DNA of 37,561 nucleotides, taken from positions 1 to 37,561 of the forward strand of contig CABMCB010000047.1 in NCBI GenBank assembly GCA_902384455.1, in the 5' to 3' direction. The notes beneath the pieces are model-generated. The model searched no databases. It saw only the letters and a program-made list of their open reading frames with translations, and was not told where the DNA came from. This DNA is from an uncultured archaeon (GTDB taxonomy: Archaea > Altiarchaeota > Altiarchaeia > IMC4 > SCGC-AAA252-I15). Position 1 is the stretch's first letter. Each line of letters opens with the position of its first letter. This document shows, in pieces, positions 9,399-18,381 of this stretch. Made by a program: the position numbers and the translations under genes.

Positions 9399-12300
9399 AA
9401 AAAGCCGCTGTATTCATGACCCTCCTACTGATAGCCTACACAGCAAACGCAATAAACACTCCCACCCAAACAAACAGCCCGCAACAGACGCGCCTGACAA
9501 CACCCTCAGAAGCACTATCCTGCACATGCTCAGGCCCCTCCACAACAGACCTATTCAGAAGCGAATTCATCTCTTGCGGAATAAGCTTAAGCAGAGACTA
9601 CTGCATAAACTCGACATCAGTAAGGCAATACTACTGCAACGGCACCAGAGTAAGCTCGCAAACAGCAACATGCCCAACAGGATACCTCTGCAGCGCAGGC
9701 GCATGCTCCAACCTACCTGACCTGGAGCTCACTCGGCTGGAGATTCTACCCCCAAAAACCAGGACGCTAAAGTACGTCTCAGCAATAGCCTTCATAACAA
9801 ACGTCGGAGCAACAACATCCCCCCCAACAAACGTCACCCTCTACTGGACATGCGAACCGCTAACAAAAACAATCGGCCCGCTCACCCCAGGCAACAGCAC
9901 CCAAATAGTCTATCAAAACACCCTAATATTCGACGAAGGAGGCATATACCCAGTCACAGGGCTCGCCGACAGCGCCTACCAGATAAACGAATCCAGAGAA
10001 GACAACAACCAATTAATTGCAAACGTGACGGTGGAACTACCCGGCCAAATACAAACGCCCAACCCCCCAACAGACCTTCACGACGAAGAAGAACGACCCA
10101 TATCCTGCACGGAAACCCCAATGATGCAGATAGGCCGAAAGAAAAACGCGAGCGGCAACTACTACGCCGACGCGGAAGGGCGGTTGCTTAGGCCGCTTAG
10201 TTCGGCTCCTTGGGACGGCGCGCCGCCTTCAGGGCACAATTACTTGTTCGCAGACTTCGACTACAATTACGACGCAAGCAGTCAAACACTCAACCTCACA
10301 GACACAACAAACGCCTCGCTGGTCACTAACCGCTATTGGATTCTCGACGACGGCTACACATCAAACTCAATCAACATAATCCACAGCATCCCCCGCGGAA
10401 TGCACAACATCTCCCTAACAGTCACAGACAACCGAGGATACAACGCCACGGTCACCAAAAGAGTAGACCTGTCGTACGGCGGAGTCTGGGGCCCCAAAGT
10501 CAACTTCATATTCGAACACAACAAAGCACTACAATTCACCTTCTTCGACTACTCCGGACGCGGAGTAGCAACAAGCCTATGGAACCTAGGCGACGGCCAA
10601 ATATCAAACTACACAAACCCAATATACACATACAGCCACCCCGGAAACTACACAATAACCTACACAATAACTGACTCATCAGGCGTCACCCAAACAGTCA
10701 CAAGAACAATTCAAGCCGACACAATATGGCTGCCCGGACAAGGCCACACAAACGCGTGCGGAACAACAACCCTCGCATACACACTAAGATACATCACAGG
10801 CAGAGACTACACTCCCGCCACCATAGACTCAGCCATACGCGCCAGCTCCGCAGCATCCTCGTTCGGCGACGACGCAGGAATGTTCACAGACCCCATAAGC
10901 ATGATAGAATACGCCAGAAGACAAGGAGTAAACGCCGAAATATACCAAAACGGCGACTTCACCCAAATAAGACGCCTAATAGACCAAGGACACCCCGTCA
11001 TACTAGACATATCCGCAAAAGGCGACACCGACATCAACAACGGACACTGGCTCGTCGTAGTAGCATACTGCTCACGCCCCACAGAAACACCCGGCGCATA
11101 CGAAACAGTATACGGCGTATACAACCCATGGGGATACCAATACGAAATAGAAGAAAGCCGACTCGCAAAATACTGGGGGCCACTAGAACTCGGCGGATTC
11201 GTACCCCTATGGACACGACTTTATGTGCTAGTCTCAAACAACCCACTACCCCCCGGCGACACAGAAAACATAAGAGCAAAACTAGCCGTAGGCCAATCCC
11301 TAACAATGATGACCACCGGCGCAGAACACCTAGCATCAGGCGACGTAGGAGGAATACCCCAAGGCCTAATAGAAATGGTAGGCGGAACAGTAACCGGAAT
11401 AGTAGGCGCACTAAGCGAAGTAATATTCGGATTCTGCGGCCACGCAGACGACGTGCCATTGGTGGGAGGATTCCTCACAGCAACAGACCAGCTGGTGGGC
11501 TCAGTGATGCTTTCGGCCAACCAGTTTTTGACGGATTTGGGTTCGGATGTCGCGTATCTTGTGGACAACTTCTATAATCCTCTGGCGTGGGGGGAAACTT
11601 TAGTGAACCTTGTGTCTCACGTGCTCACTCTGGTGGGCAACATCATTGAGAACGTGCTGGATTTCATAGTCAACGTCTTTGAGGCGATTGGCAGGTTCTT
11701 CACGGACTTGTGGCATGGCATAGAAGACTTTTTCTGTTGGATTACCGGTTCGGACTGCACTAAGAGGACGTGCGTCATTGAGCGTATGGTGTCGACAGAC
11801 GGATGCGGGGAAACAAGCGTCTACATGAACAAGATGTTTAGGGTGGGCGCGGCAGGATACGTCGGAACCAAAAGCAGCAACGGCACCGTGCCTATATACA
11901 AGTACGTGCAGTCGTGGATGGGCTCAAACAACAGATGGACTTACATAAGTTTGAACCCTAACGCTGACGCCAACACAACAGATGCGGCAAGGACAAACAC
12001 TCTCGGCTACGTGAAAACAACTCCTTGCTCGGGCTGCGTGAACCTGACGTCCGAGATGCCCAAATACAACCTGGAGCCTCGACCACCGGAAAACCTGGGG
12101 TTCATACCAAAGGGATATGAAAACGACTCGACTCCCCTGTGGCTGTTCAACGACACGGCAGGCGGCTCAATAACCGTCTCCACAGACGCATGCGCCGGCA
12201 CAAGAACATTCGTCTCCCCCGTAATGGACGGCTACACAAGAACTAAACTGCTGGGCTACATACGGCTGACTTACGCGCCTGACACAGTGAAAGTCTACAG

Positions 12301-12592
12301 ATACTACAACAAAAATGAAAAAGCGTTCTTCCTCAGCCTAAACCCCAACGAAACAAACAGAGACTACGTCATGAGCGGACTGCTCGGCTACGCATACACC
12401 ACAAACTCATCGGACACCACACCCCTAAGCAGCTACCTGCCAGCATACTTCACCCAGCAGAACGCATCCGCGACATGCGAAAACGACGAAAGCACATACA
12501 CCACATCAGTCGGCAACATATACAAGACGAAGCACCCGTGCACAGTACCCGTCTACAAGTACTGCAAAAGGTACATAAAAGTAGAAGAATAA
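9395..12592 (+). CDS. Secreted multidomain protein: CARDB + 2 PKD + C39-like cysteine peptidase + amphipathic helical region + DUF5648-like repeats
   Basis: ORF from 9386; TTG at 9395 overlaps the upstream TGA (TTGA) after GGGGTG. PDL...NVG...E.REDNN (CARDB). WNLGDG..NPIYTYSHPGNYTITYT (PKD). NACGTTTL / GHWLVVVAY / YNPWG (C39-like). Repeated LGY..(T)VP.Y(K/R)Y units. Confidence 0.7.
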   Translation: MKKAAVFMTLLLIAYTANAINTPTQTNSPQQTRLTTPSEALSCTCSGPSTTDLFRSEFISCGISLSRDYCINSTSVRQYYCNGTRVSSQTATCPTGYLCSAGACSNLPDLELTRLEILPPKTRTLKYVSAIAFITNVGATTSPPTNVTLYWTCEPLTKTIGPLTPGNSTQIVYQNTLIFDEGGIYPVTGLADSAYQINESREDNNQLIANVTVELPGQIQTPNPPTDLHDEEERPISCTETPMMQIGRKKNASGNYYADAEGRLLRPLSSAPWDGAPPSGHNYLFADFDYNYDASSQTLNLTDTTNASLVTNRYWILDDGYTSNSINIIHSIPRGMHNISLTVTDNRGYNATVTKRVDLSYGGVWGPKVNFIFEHNKALQFTFFDYSGRGVATSLWNLGDGQISNYTNPIYTYSHPGNYTITYTITDSSGVTQTVTRTIQADTIWLPGQGHTNACGTTTLAYTLRYITGRDYTPATIDSAIRASSAASSFGDDAGMFTDPISMIEYARRQGVNAEIYQNGDFTQIRRLIDQGHPVILDISAKGDTDINNGHWLVVVAYCSRPTETPGAYETVYGVYNPWGYQYEIEESRLAKYWGPLELGGFVPLWTRLYVLVSNNPLPPGDTENIRAKLAVGQSLTMMTTGAEHLASGDVGGIPQGLIEMVGGTVTGIVGALSEVIFGFCGHADDVPLVGGFLTATDQLVGSVMLSANQFLTDLGSDVAYLVDNFYNPLAWGETLVNLVSHVLTLVGNIIENVLDFIVNVFEAIGRFFTDLWHGIEDFFCWITGSDCTKRTCVIERMVSTDGCGETSVYMNKMFRVGAAGYVGTKSSNGTVPIYKYVQSWMGSNNRWTYISLNPNADANTTDAARTNTLGYVKTTPCSGCVNLTSEMPKYNLEPRPPENLGFIPKGYENDSTPLWLFNDTAGGSITVSTDACAGTRTFVSPVMDGYTRTKLLGYIRLTYAPDTVKVYRYYNKNEKAFFLSLNPNETNRDYVMSGLLGYAYTTNSSDTTPLSSYLPAYFTQQNASATCENDESTYTTSVGNIYKTKHPCTVPVYKYCKRYIKVEE

Positions 12593-12698
12593 ATCCTCCA
12601 TCAACTCGCCGAAAGATTCAACGACAAACCGAATTAAATAAAACAAATCCAAGTTGTTTTTATTTCCGTCGCAGTCAATTCTTATCGGGTGTCAAACA

Positions 12699-14006
12699 AT
12701 GGCCGAACAGAACGATTTGAATCAGATACTGAAGAAGATTGACGAATCACCTAAACCTAAGGTGAAGAAAGCATGCCTAGCCTACTCCGGCGGAGTAGAC
12801 TCTACATTGGGCGTGGAATTCTTAAGGAAAATCTACGGATGCAACGATATCGTTGCAGTCACCCTAGACATAGGCCAGGGCGAGCCTGAAATAAGGGATT
12901 CTGAGGAGAAGGCGAGGAAAGTAGGAATCAAGCCTATACTAATCGACAAGAAAGAAGAGTTCACCGAAGTCTGGCTTGCGAAGGCAATCAAAGCCAACAG
13001 CAGCTACAACGGATACCCAGTGGCCACCTCGATGACGAGGCAGCTTGTGGCTCAGGCTGTGGCGCAGGAGGCCGTTAAGAACGGGTGCGACGCAATCCTT
13101 GAGGGTTGCACTGGGAAGGGCAACGACCAGTATAGGATGCATAATGTCATCAAGTTTTTCGCTCCTGAAATCGAGATTCTCCAGCCGGTCAGAGACTTCG
13201 ATATGACGCGGCTTGAGGAGAACGTTTTGGTTAATGCATGGAATATTCCTGTGAACGAGCAGGTGACCGGCGGAGACGACAAGACGATGTGGTGCCGCTC
13301 CATAGCCTCAGGTGCAATCGACCTGAACCAGCCTTTGTCCGACGACATATGGATGTGGCTTGTTCCTCCCGAGAAAGCGCCTGACACGCCCACTTTCGTT
13401 GAAATAGAATTCAAGCAAGGAGTTCCAGTCGCATTGGACGGAAAGAAGATGAAGCTGGGCGACATCATAATGAAGCTCAACGAAGTAGGCGGCAAAAACG
13501 GCGTAGGAAAAATAGACATGTTCGAGGACGGCGTAATGAACATGAAAAGCCGCGAAATATATGAGGCCCCCGCAGCCCACATAATACTGAAGCTCCACAA
13601 CGACCTGGAATTATGGTGCCTCACCAAAGACGAAATCCAGTTCAAAAAGACAGTCGACGCAAAGTGGGCCTACATGGTGTACCACGGCGAATGGTTCCAC
13701 CCCTTGAAGGAAGACTTGGACGCTTTCATAGACAAAAGCCAGCAGTTCGTCAGCGGCAAATACACCGTAAAACTCTACAAAGGAAACATCGACATAGTAA
13801 AGCGCGAATCAAACACAGGCCTATTCAACCAGGAGATGAGGTCCATTAAGACCCGCGGCTTCGACCAGCGCTGGGCGATAGGCTCAACCAAGGTTGCGAC
13901 TTTGCAGTGGATGATCCTTGCTAAGGCAGGCCGCGGACTGCAGCCTAACGTGCAGTTGAAGGAGAAGCAGGTGGGCAAGAAAATAACGGTGCCTGCAGGG
14001 AAGTAA
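12699..14006 (+). CDS. argG: Argininosuccinate synthase
   Basis: LAYSGGVDS, GCTGKGNDQYR, KSREIYEAPAA motifs. ATG at 12699 is the likely start. Confidence 0.95.
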   Translation: MAEQNDLNQILKKIDESPKPKVKKACLAYSGGVDSTLGVEFLRKIYGCNDIVAVTLDIGQGEPEIRDSEEKARKVGIKPILIDKKEEFTEVWLAKAIKANSSYNGYPVATSMTRQLVAQAVAQEAVKNGCDAILEGCTGKGNDQYRMHNVIKFFAPEIEILQPVRDFDMTRLEENVLVNAWNIPVNEQVTGGDDKTMWCRSIASGAIDLNQPLSDDIWMWLVPPEKAPDTPTFVEIEFKQGVPVALDGKKMKLGDIIMKLNEVGGKNGVGKIDMFEDGVMNMKSREIYEAPAAHIILKLHNDLELWCLTKDEIQFKKTVDAKWAYMVYHGEWFHPLKEDLDAFIDKSQQFVSGKYTVKLYKGNIDIVKRESNTGLFNQEMRSIKTRGFDQRWAIGSTKVATLQWMILAKAGRGLQPNVQLKEKQVGKKITVPAGK

Positions 14007-14010
14007 AGGT

Positions 14011-15516
14011 ATGACTAAGAAGCTGTGGGGTGGGCGTTTCAGCAAGGACCCGACATCGGACGTCGAAGATTTCCTTCAGAGCATAGAAGTAGACCGGGAA
14101 ATGGTGCTCGAGGACATTTGGGGTAGCGAAGCCCACGCCATAATGCTTGCCCGGCAAGGCATAATAACCGGCGAAGACCTCAGGAAGATTCTCTACTGGC
14201 TCAATATTGTGCGCGAAAAATACCTGAAAAACGAGTTCACGCTGCGCAAAGAAGACGAAGACGTACACCTCTCCGTAGAGAAATACCTTATTGAAGGGGC
14301 AGGCCCCGAGTACGGAGGAAAACTCCACACCGCCAGAAGCAGGAACGACCAGGTTCTAGTCGACGCTAAACTGCACATCCGGTGGAAGATCCTTGAAATA
14401 AAAAAGAAAATCATAGCCCTACAAAAAGTCTTCCTAAAGATTGCCAGCGAAAACACGGAAACAGTCATACCCGGATACACGCACACTCAAGAAGCGATGC
14501 CGGTTACACTAGGATTCTGGGCTACTGCTTACGTCAGCGCTTTCAACAGGGACTTGCGCCGGTTAGACAACGCATACGATAACGTCGACTCCAATCCGCT
14601 GGGGTCGTGCGCTCTGGCCGGGACGTCATTCAACATAGACCGCAGGATGACTGCGAAGTTTCTGGGTTTCAGCAAAGTTCACGAGCACACTTTGGACGCA
14701 ATAAGCTCAAGAGACTTCGTCGCAGAAACGCTCTGCTCACTAGCCATACTCATGAGCACCCTAAGCAAGCTGGCCGAGGAGATGATTTACTGGTCTACGT
14801 TCGAGTTTGGCATAGTGGAGCTTGACGACTCTTACACTGCAGGAAGCAGCATCATGCCCCAAAAGAAGAATCCTTGCGTTGCGGAGCTCACTCGCGGGCG
14901 CACAGGCCGAGTGTACGGCTCTTTGATGCAGCTTTTGACTATGATGAAGGGCATCCCCATGGGGTACAACCGCGATTTGCAGGAGGACAAACCGCCTCTG
15001 TGGAGCTCCCTGGACGTCGTAGAGAAGACGCTGACGGTGACGGCCGGAATGATTGAGACGATGAAGGTCGACAAGAAGCGGCTTGAGGAATTGGCCGGCT
15101 CAAACTTCACGACTGCCACTGAGCTTGCCAACCACCTGGTTAGGGAGCACGGTTTGAGTTTCCGTCAGTGCCACCACATTGTAGGGGACTTGGTGGGGAC
15201 TTTGCACCGTGAAGGCAAGACTTTCATGGACTTCAATGAGGTGGATAAGGTTTTGTCGAAGCATAAAATCAAGGTGACTTACGCTAAGATGCGCAGCATA
15301 TTCGACCCTAAGCAGAACATCCACACTTACCGCAGCCAAGGAAGCCCTTCGCCCAAGGAAGTAAAAAGGATGATAGCGGAGTTCACTGCCGAAGTAAAGA
15401 AGAACGAAAAGATAATCCAGCAGCAGGAAACCAAAATCAAAGACGCCGAGAAGCTGACTCAAAGGATAGTGAAAGACGTGCTGTCAGGAAAAGACGTCTG
15501 CGCAATAAAAATCTAA
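14011..15516 (+). CDS. argH: Argininosuccinate lyase
   Basis: KLWGGRF, LHTARSRNDQ, PGYTH, GSSIMPQKKNP, YNRDLQEDK. Starts 4 nt after the argG stop. Confidence 0.97.
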   Translation: MTKKLWGGRFSKDPTSDVEDFLQSIEVDREMVLEDIWGSEAHAIMLARQGIITGEDLRKILYWLNIVREKYLKNEFTLRKEDEDVHLSVEKYLIEGAGPEYGGKLHTARSRNDQVLVDAKLHIRWKILEIKKKIIALQKVFLKIASENTETVIPGYTHTQEAMPVTLGFWATAYVSAFNRDLRRLDNAYDNVDSNPLGSCALAGTSFNIDRRMTAKFLGFSKVHEHTLDAISSRDFVAETLCSLAILMSTLSKLAEEMIYWSTFEFGIVELDDSYTAGSSIMPQKKNPCVAELTRGRTGRVYGSLMQLLTMMKGIPMGYNRDLQEDKPPLWSSLDVVEKTLTVTAGMIETMKVDKKRLEELAGSNFTTATELANHLVREHGLSFRQCHHIVGDLVGTLHREGKTFMDFNEVDKVLSKHKIKVTYAKMRSIFDPKQNIHTYRSQGSPSPKEVKRMIAEFTAEVKKNEKIIQQQETKIKDAEKLTQRIVKDVLSGKDVCAIKI

Positions 15517-15519
15517 AAC

Positions 15520-15789
15520 CTATTTTCTACGCGCGTGATTCAGCCAGATCCCCTTGAAATACGGCAACGTCAGCGTGGAAAGCATGAATCCTACGGCGGG
15601 GACGATCGCGTTAAGCCACGGGTTGGGAATATTCACCTCATAAAGGTAGATTCCGACTGCTAGGTAAGTGAAGACGAAAAGCAGCGTCCTCCTTGCAAGG
15701 CTCGTTTCCCATGCTTTGTCGGACTCAACCTTTTTATTGCGCTCCTCAATCGCATCAACCCTCGCCTCCAAATCGCCAATTGACGCCAT
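15520..15789 (-). CDS. Small two-helix membrane protein (conserved hypothetical)
   Basis: N-terminal coiled segment (ERNKKVESDKAWETS) followed by two hydrophobic helices. Confidence 0.75.
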   Translation of the reverse strand: MASIGDLEARVDAIEERNKKVESDKAWETSLARRTLLFVFTYLAVGIYLYEVNIPNPWLNAIVPAVGFMLSTLTLPYFKGIWLNHARRK

Positions 15790-15797
15790 TATCTACC

Positions 15798-16601
15798 CTA
15801 TAAATTCTGTTTGACTATCCGGTCGTAAGCGTAATCCCTATTGCCAGGGCTCTTGAGCGTTTCATGAAACTCATCGAACATACCATGCATCATACCGTGA
15901 CGCTCATCATGCGTCACTGACAAATAAGGGTCTCTTACCGCAAAACTCATCAATTCCACCGCCCGCTCAATAGTCCTCTGAACATCACGCTCCGAAGCAG
16001 GCCTCAACCTGACTACTTCATCCAGGTCGAACAAAAACAGGCGGTCTCCGTCGTTTATGGAGCCGAATGCGTCGCTTGGGACGTAGTACCCTGCGTTAAT
16101 AATCCTCGCCAAAGAGGTCGCGAAGTAACTACGAGTCTTAGGCGTCTTAAAATGCTGCGTTCTGTGGTCAAACTTGGTTTCGTGGCCGTGCTCGAAAACC
16201 TCCATCACCTGAACCCACTCCCCGTCGCTCGTCTTCACCATAGACATGTGCGGCATATGGATTCCTTCCGCATTAAGGTCGCGGATACAACGCTGGTAGC
16301 TAAAGGCAAGCTCATCCGGCAAGCCGCTTGTAAGCGGCCTATTAATCTCCTCCTTAAACCGCTTGACCGCCACGTCAATAGGGCGTCCGTCGGCGAACTT
16401 CATCCTGCCCCTATACACAAGCCCGCAGGAGTGGTCTCTGCCGCCCAATACTTCGTCGCTTATTTCAAGCCACTGTATGTCGTTTGGGCTTTTCCATCCT
16501 GCCACATTCAAAGAAGCAAATTCGACGGGAAGAAGATCAGCAGGCTGAACTCCCTCGCTTGCGCCTGAAGCCGTCCTGTCGACAATCCTGCGGCGAGACA
16601 T
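15798..16601 (-). CDS. Divergent protein-kinase-like fold protein
   Basis: VLGG..SCGLVYRG (G-loop), DVAVKRF (beta3 Lys), VQVMEVF (hinge), LFLFDLD (DFG-like). Catalytic loop is non-canonical. Confidence 0.55.
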   Translation of the reverse strand: MSRRRIVDRTASGASEGVQPADLLPVEFASLNVAGWKSPNDIQWLEISDEVLGGRDHSCGLVYRGRMKFADGRPIDVAVKRFKEEINRPLTSGLPDELAFSYQRCIRDLNAEGIHMPHMSMVKTSDGEWVQVMEVFEHGHETKFDHRTQHFKTPKTRSYFATSLARIINAGYYVPSDAFGSINDGDRLFLFDLDEVVRLRPASERDVQRTIERAVELMSFAVRDPYLSVTHDERHGMMHGMFDEFHETLKSPGNRDYAYDRIVKQNL

Positions 16602-16690
16602 ACAAGATTATACGAAACCCGCGAATAATACTGAATTTCAGCCCGCTCAAAACCCCCCTCACCTGCAAAAAAGCATCAGGGAGCTAACGG

Positions 16691-16763
16691 TCAGCACTCA
16701 TAAGCATCGTCACCGCCCAACAAGACGCGGCTTGAAAGGCTCGGCCAGTTGATCCGTCATCAC
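16691..16763 (-). ncRNA. Box C/D 2'-O-methylation guide sRNA, predicted to target tRNA-Met(CAU) C34 (sR-tMet-like)
   Basis: Minus strand: C box GTGATGA (16763-57), 12-nt guide CGGATCAACTGG, D' CCGA, hairpin GCCT-TT-CAAG/CTTG-TT-GGGC, C' GTGACGA, 12-nt guide TGCTTATGAGTG, D CTGA. TATA-like TTCTTAAG about 25 nt upstream and T6 tract downstream (16667-72). Confidence 0.8.
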
Positions 16764-16858
16764 GTGACTTTTTCTTTGACGGCGGAACTTAAGAAACTGC
16801 GGCCTACGCCGAAGTAAAAAGGCGGAGTTTATTAACATCCCCCCTGAGATGTTTTACT

Positions 16859-18286
16859 ATGAAAATAAAACGCAAAACAGCCTTGCTGGCTTTCCTGATT
16901 TTCATCGTCGTCGGTGCAGGATTCGCCTACCAAGCCCTAAGGGCTCCCGTCGTCATGGCCGAAGCCCCCGAAAAAATAGAGGTTACGGTATACAACACAG
17001 ACCTCGGAGTAGTCAAAGAATACAGAAGCAAATACCTCGACGCAGGAGTCAACCGCATACTCTATGAAGGAGTCGCCGCATTAATCGACCCCACAAGCGT
17101 CCACCTTAAAGCGCTGGGGTCGTCAGTCTCACTTCTAGAACAAAACTTCCAATACGACCTCGTAAGCAAAGAAAAACTCCTACAAAAATACGTAGGCAAA
17201 AACATCACCGCCTACCAAAACATAGGCGACACCAAAGAACTAGTCGAAGGCACACTACTCGCATACGACGGCGGCCAGATGATAATCAAAGGCAAAGACG
17301 GAAAAATACAGGTTTTTTCAGCAAACAGCCTAACGCTGCCGGACCTGCCTGAAGGCCTCATAATAAAGCCCACTTTAGAGTGGATTCTTGAGTCAGACCA
17401 AAGCAAAAACACGACTCTCGAATTATCCTACATGACAAGCGGAATGAGCTGGAACGCGGATTACGTTGCGGTAGTAAACGGCGCAGACGACAAACTCGAC
17501 CTCACCGGCTGGGTCACCGTAATCAACAACGCGGGCGCCACATTCAACGACGCAACCCTCAAACTAGTCGCAGGAGACGTCAACAGAGTCCAAAACGGGG
17601 TTGCAGGAGGGTACGCAAGAGACGAAATGATGGTTAAAACCGCACCTTCAGCGCAGCAGTTCACCCAAGAAAACCTTTTCGAATACCACATGTACGACCT
17701 AAATAGGAAGACCACACTCAACAACAACGAGCAAAAACAAATCGAACTGATGTCCGCAGACGGCATACCAGTGGAAAAAGAATACGTATTCGAAAGCCAA
17801 AGCCCCTACTGGTGGTACGGCTACCAAACACCCTCAACAAACGTCAAAGCAATGATAAACCTAAACAACACCGAAGGAAACGGCCTCGGAATACCCTTGC
17901 CTAAAGGCACTTTGCGCGTATTCAAAGCAGACAGCAGCGGCCAACTGCAGTTCATAGGCGAAGACAGCATAGACCACACGCCAAAAGACGAGACAGTCCG
18001 CGTGTACTTGGGCGACGTATTCGACGTCAAAGCGGAAAGAAAGCAGATGGACTACAGGGAACTAAGCAGCAACTACTACGAATACACCTGGGAAACCACA
18101 ATCAAAAACCACAAAAACGAAGACATCTCGGTAACAGTCTTGGAGAACACGGGCGGAGACTGGGAAATAACCAAAGAAAACATCCAGCACGTCAAAGAAA
18201 GCAACAACCGCATCAAATGGACCGTTCCCGCGAAAGCAAACAGCGAAACCAAACTGACATACACCATACGATACCACACAGCTTAG
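16859..18286 (+). CDS. DUF4139 domain-containing secreted/membrane-anchored protein
   Basis: N-terminal TM/signal. VTVYN.DLGVVKE, LLEQNFQYDL, LSYMTSGMSWNADY, LGIPLPKG..RVF, FIGEDSIDHTPKDE. Confidence 0.85.
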   Translation: MKIKRKTALLAFLIFIVVGAGFAYQALRAPVVMAEAPEKIEVTVYNTDLGVVKEYRSKYLDAGVNRILYEGVAALIDPTSVHLKALGSSVSLLEQNFQYDLVSKEKLLQKYVGKNITAYQNIGDTKELVEGTLLAYDGGQMIIKGKDGKIQVFSANSLTLPDLPEGLIIKPTLEWILESDQSKNTTLELSYMTSGMSWNADYVAVVNGADDKLDLTGWVTVINNAGATFNDATLKLVAGDVNRVQNGVAGGYARDEMMVKTAPSAQQFTQENLFEYHMYDLNRKTTLNNNEQKQIELMSADGIPVEKEYVFESQSPYWWYGYQTPSTNVKAMINLNNTEGNGLGIPLPKGTLRVFKADSSGQLQFIGEDSIDHTPKDETVRVYLGDVFDVKAERKQMDYRELSSNYYEYTWETTIKNHKNEDISVTVLENTGGDWEITKENIQHVKESNNRIKWTVPAKANSETKLTYTIRYHTA

Positions 18287-18308
18287 GCCTACAAAGCAGA
18301 TGGCCAAG

Positions 18309-18343
18309 TCCCCCGGGCAAAACCCCGGGGGAAACCCCTTTTT
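18309..18343 (+). terminator. GC-rich hairpin(s) plus T-tract downstream of the DUF4139 gene
   Basis: TCCCCCGGG-CAAAAC-CCCGGGGGA stem, overlapping alternative GGGG-GAAA-CCCC, then TTTTT. Confidence 0.45.
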
Positions 18344-18381
18344 ATTCGCTTATATCCTTCTTTTACTCGATTTCTACCAAC

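Noticed and set aside
10726-11577. 283-aa Arg/His-rich overlapping ORF (similarly 3534-4322, 21761-22594, 32611-33393)
   Set aside because: Off-frame or antisense shadows of real genes, kept open by local T- or A-depletion; low-complexity translation
1-12592. Prophage or mobile element carrying the GH19 gene
   Set aside because: No integrase, transposase, holin, capsid or att-like repeats are visible; the GH19 protein has a signal peptide and host-style Cys repeats
16660-16716. Fluoride riboswitch-like start (GGCGGTGA...)
   Set aside because: P1 and pseudoknot pairings are missing and there is no crcB-type gene; the box C/D interpretation explains the sequence better
18217-18381. N-terminal extension of the 660-aa ORF
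   Set aside because: Overlaps the DUF4139 gene end and the hairpin/T-tract; TATA position supports ATG 18382
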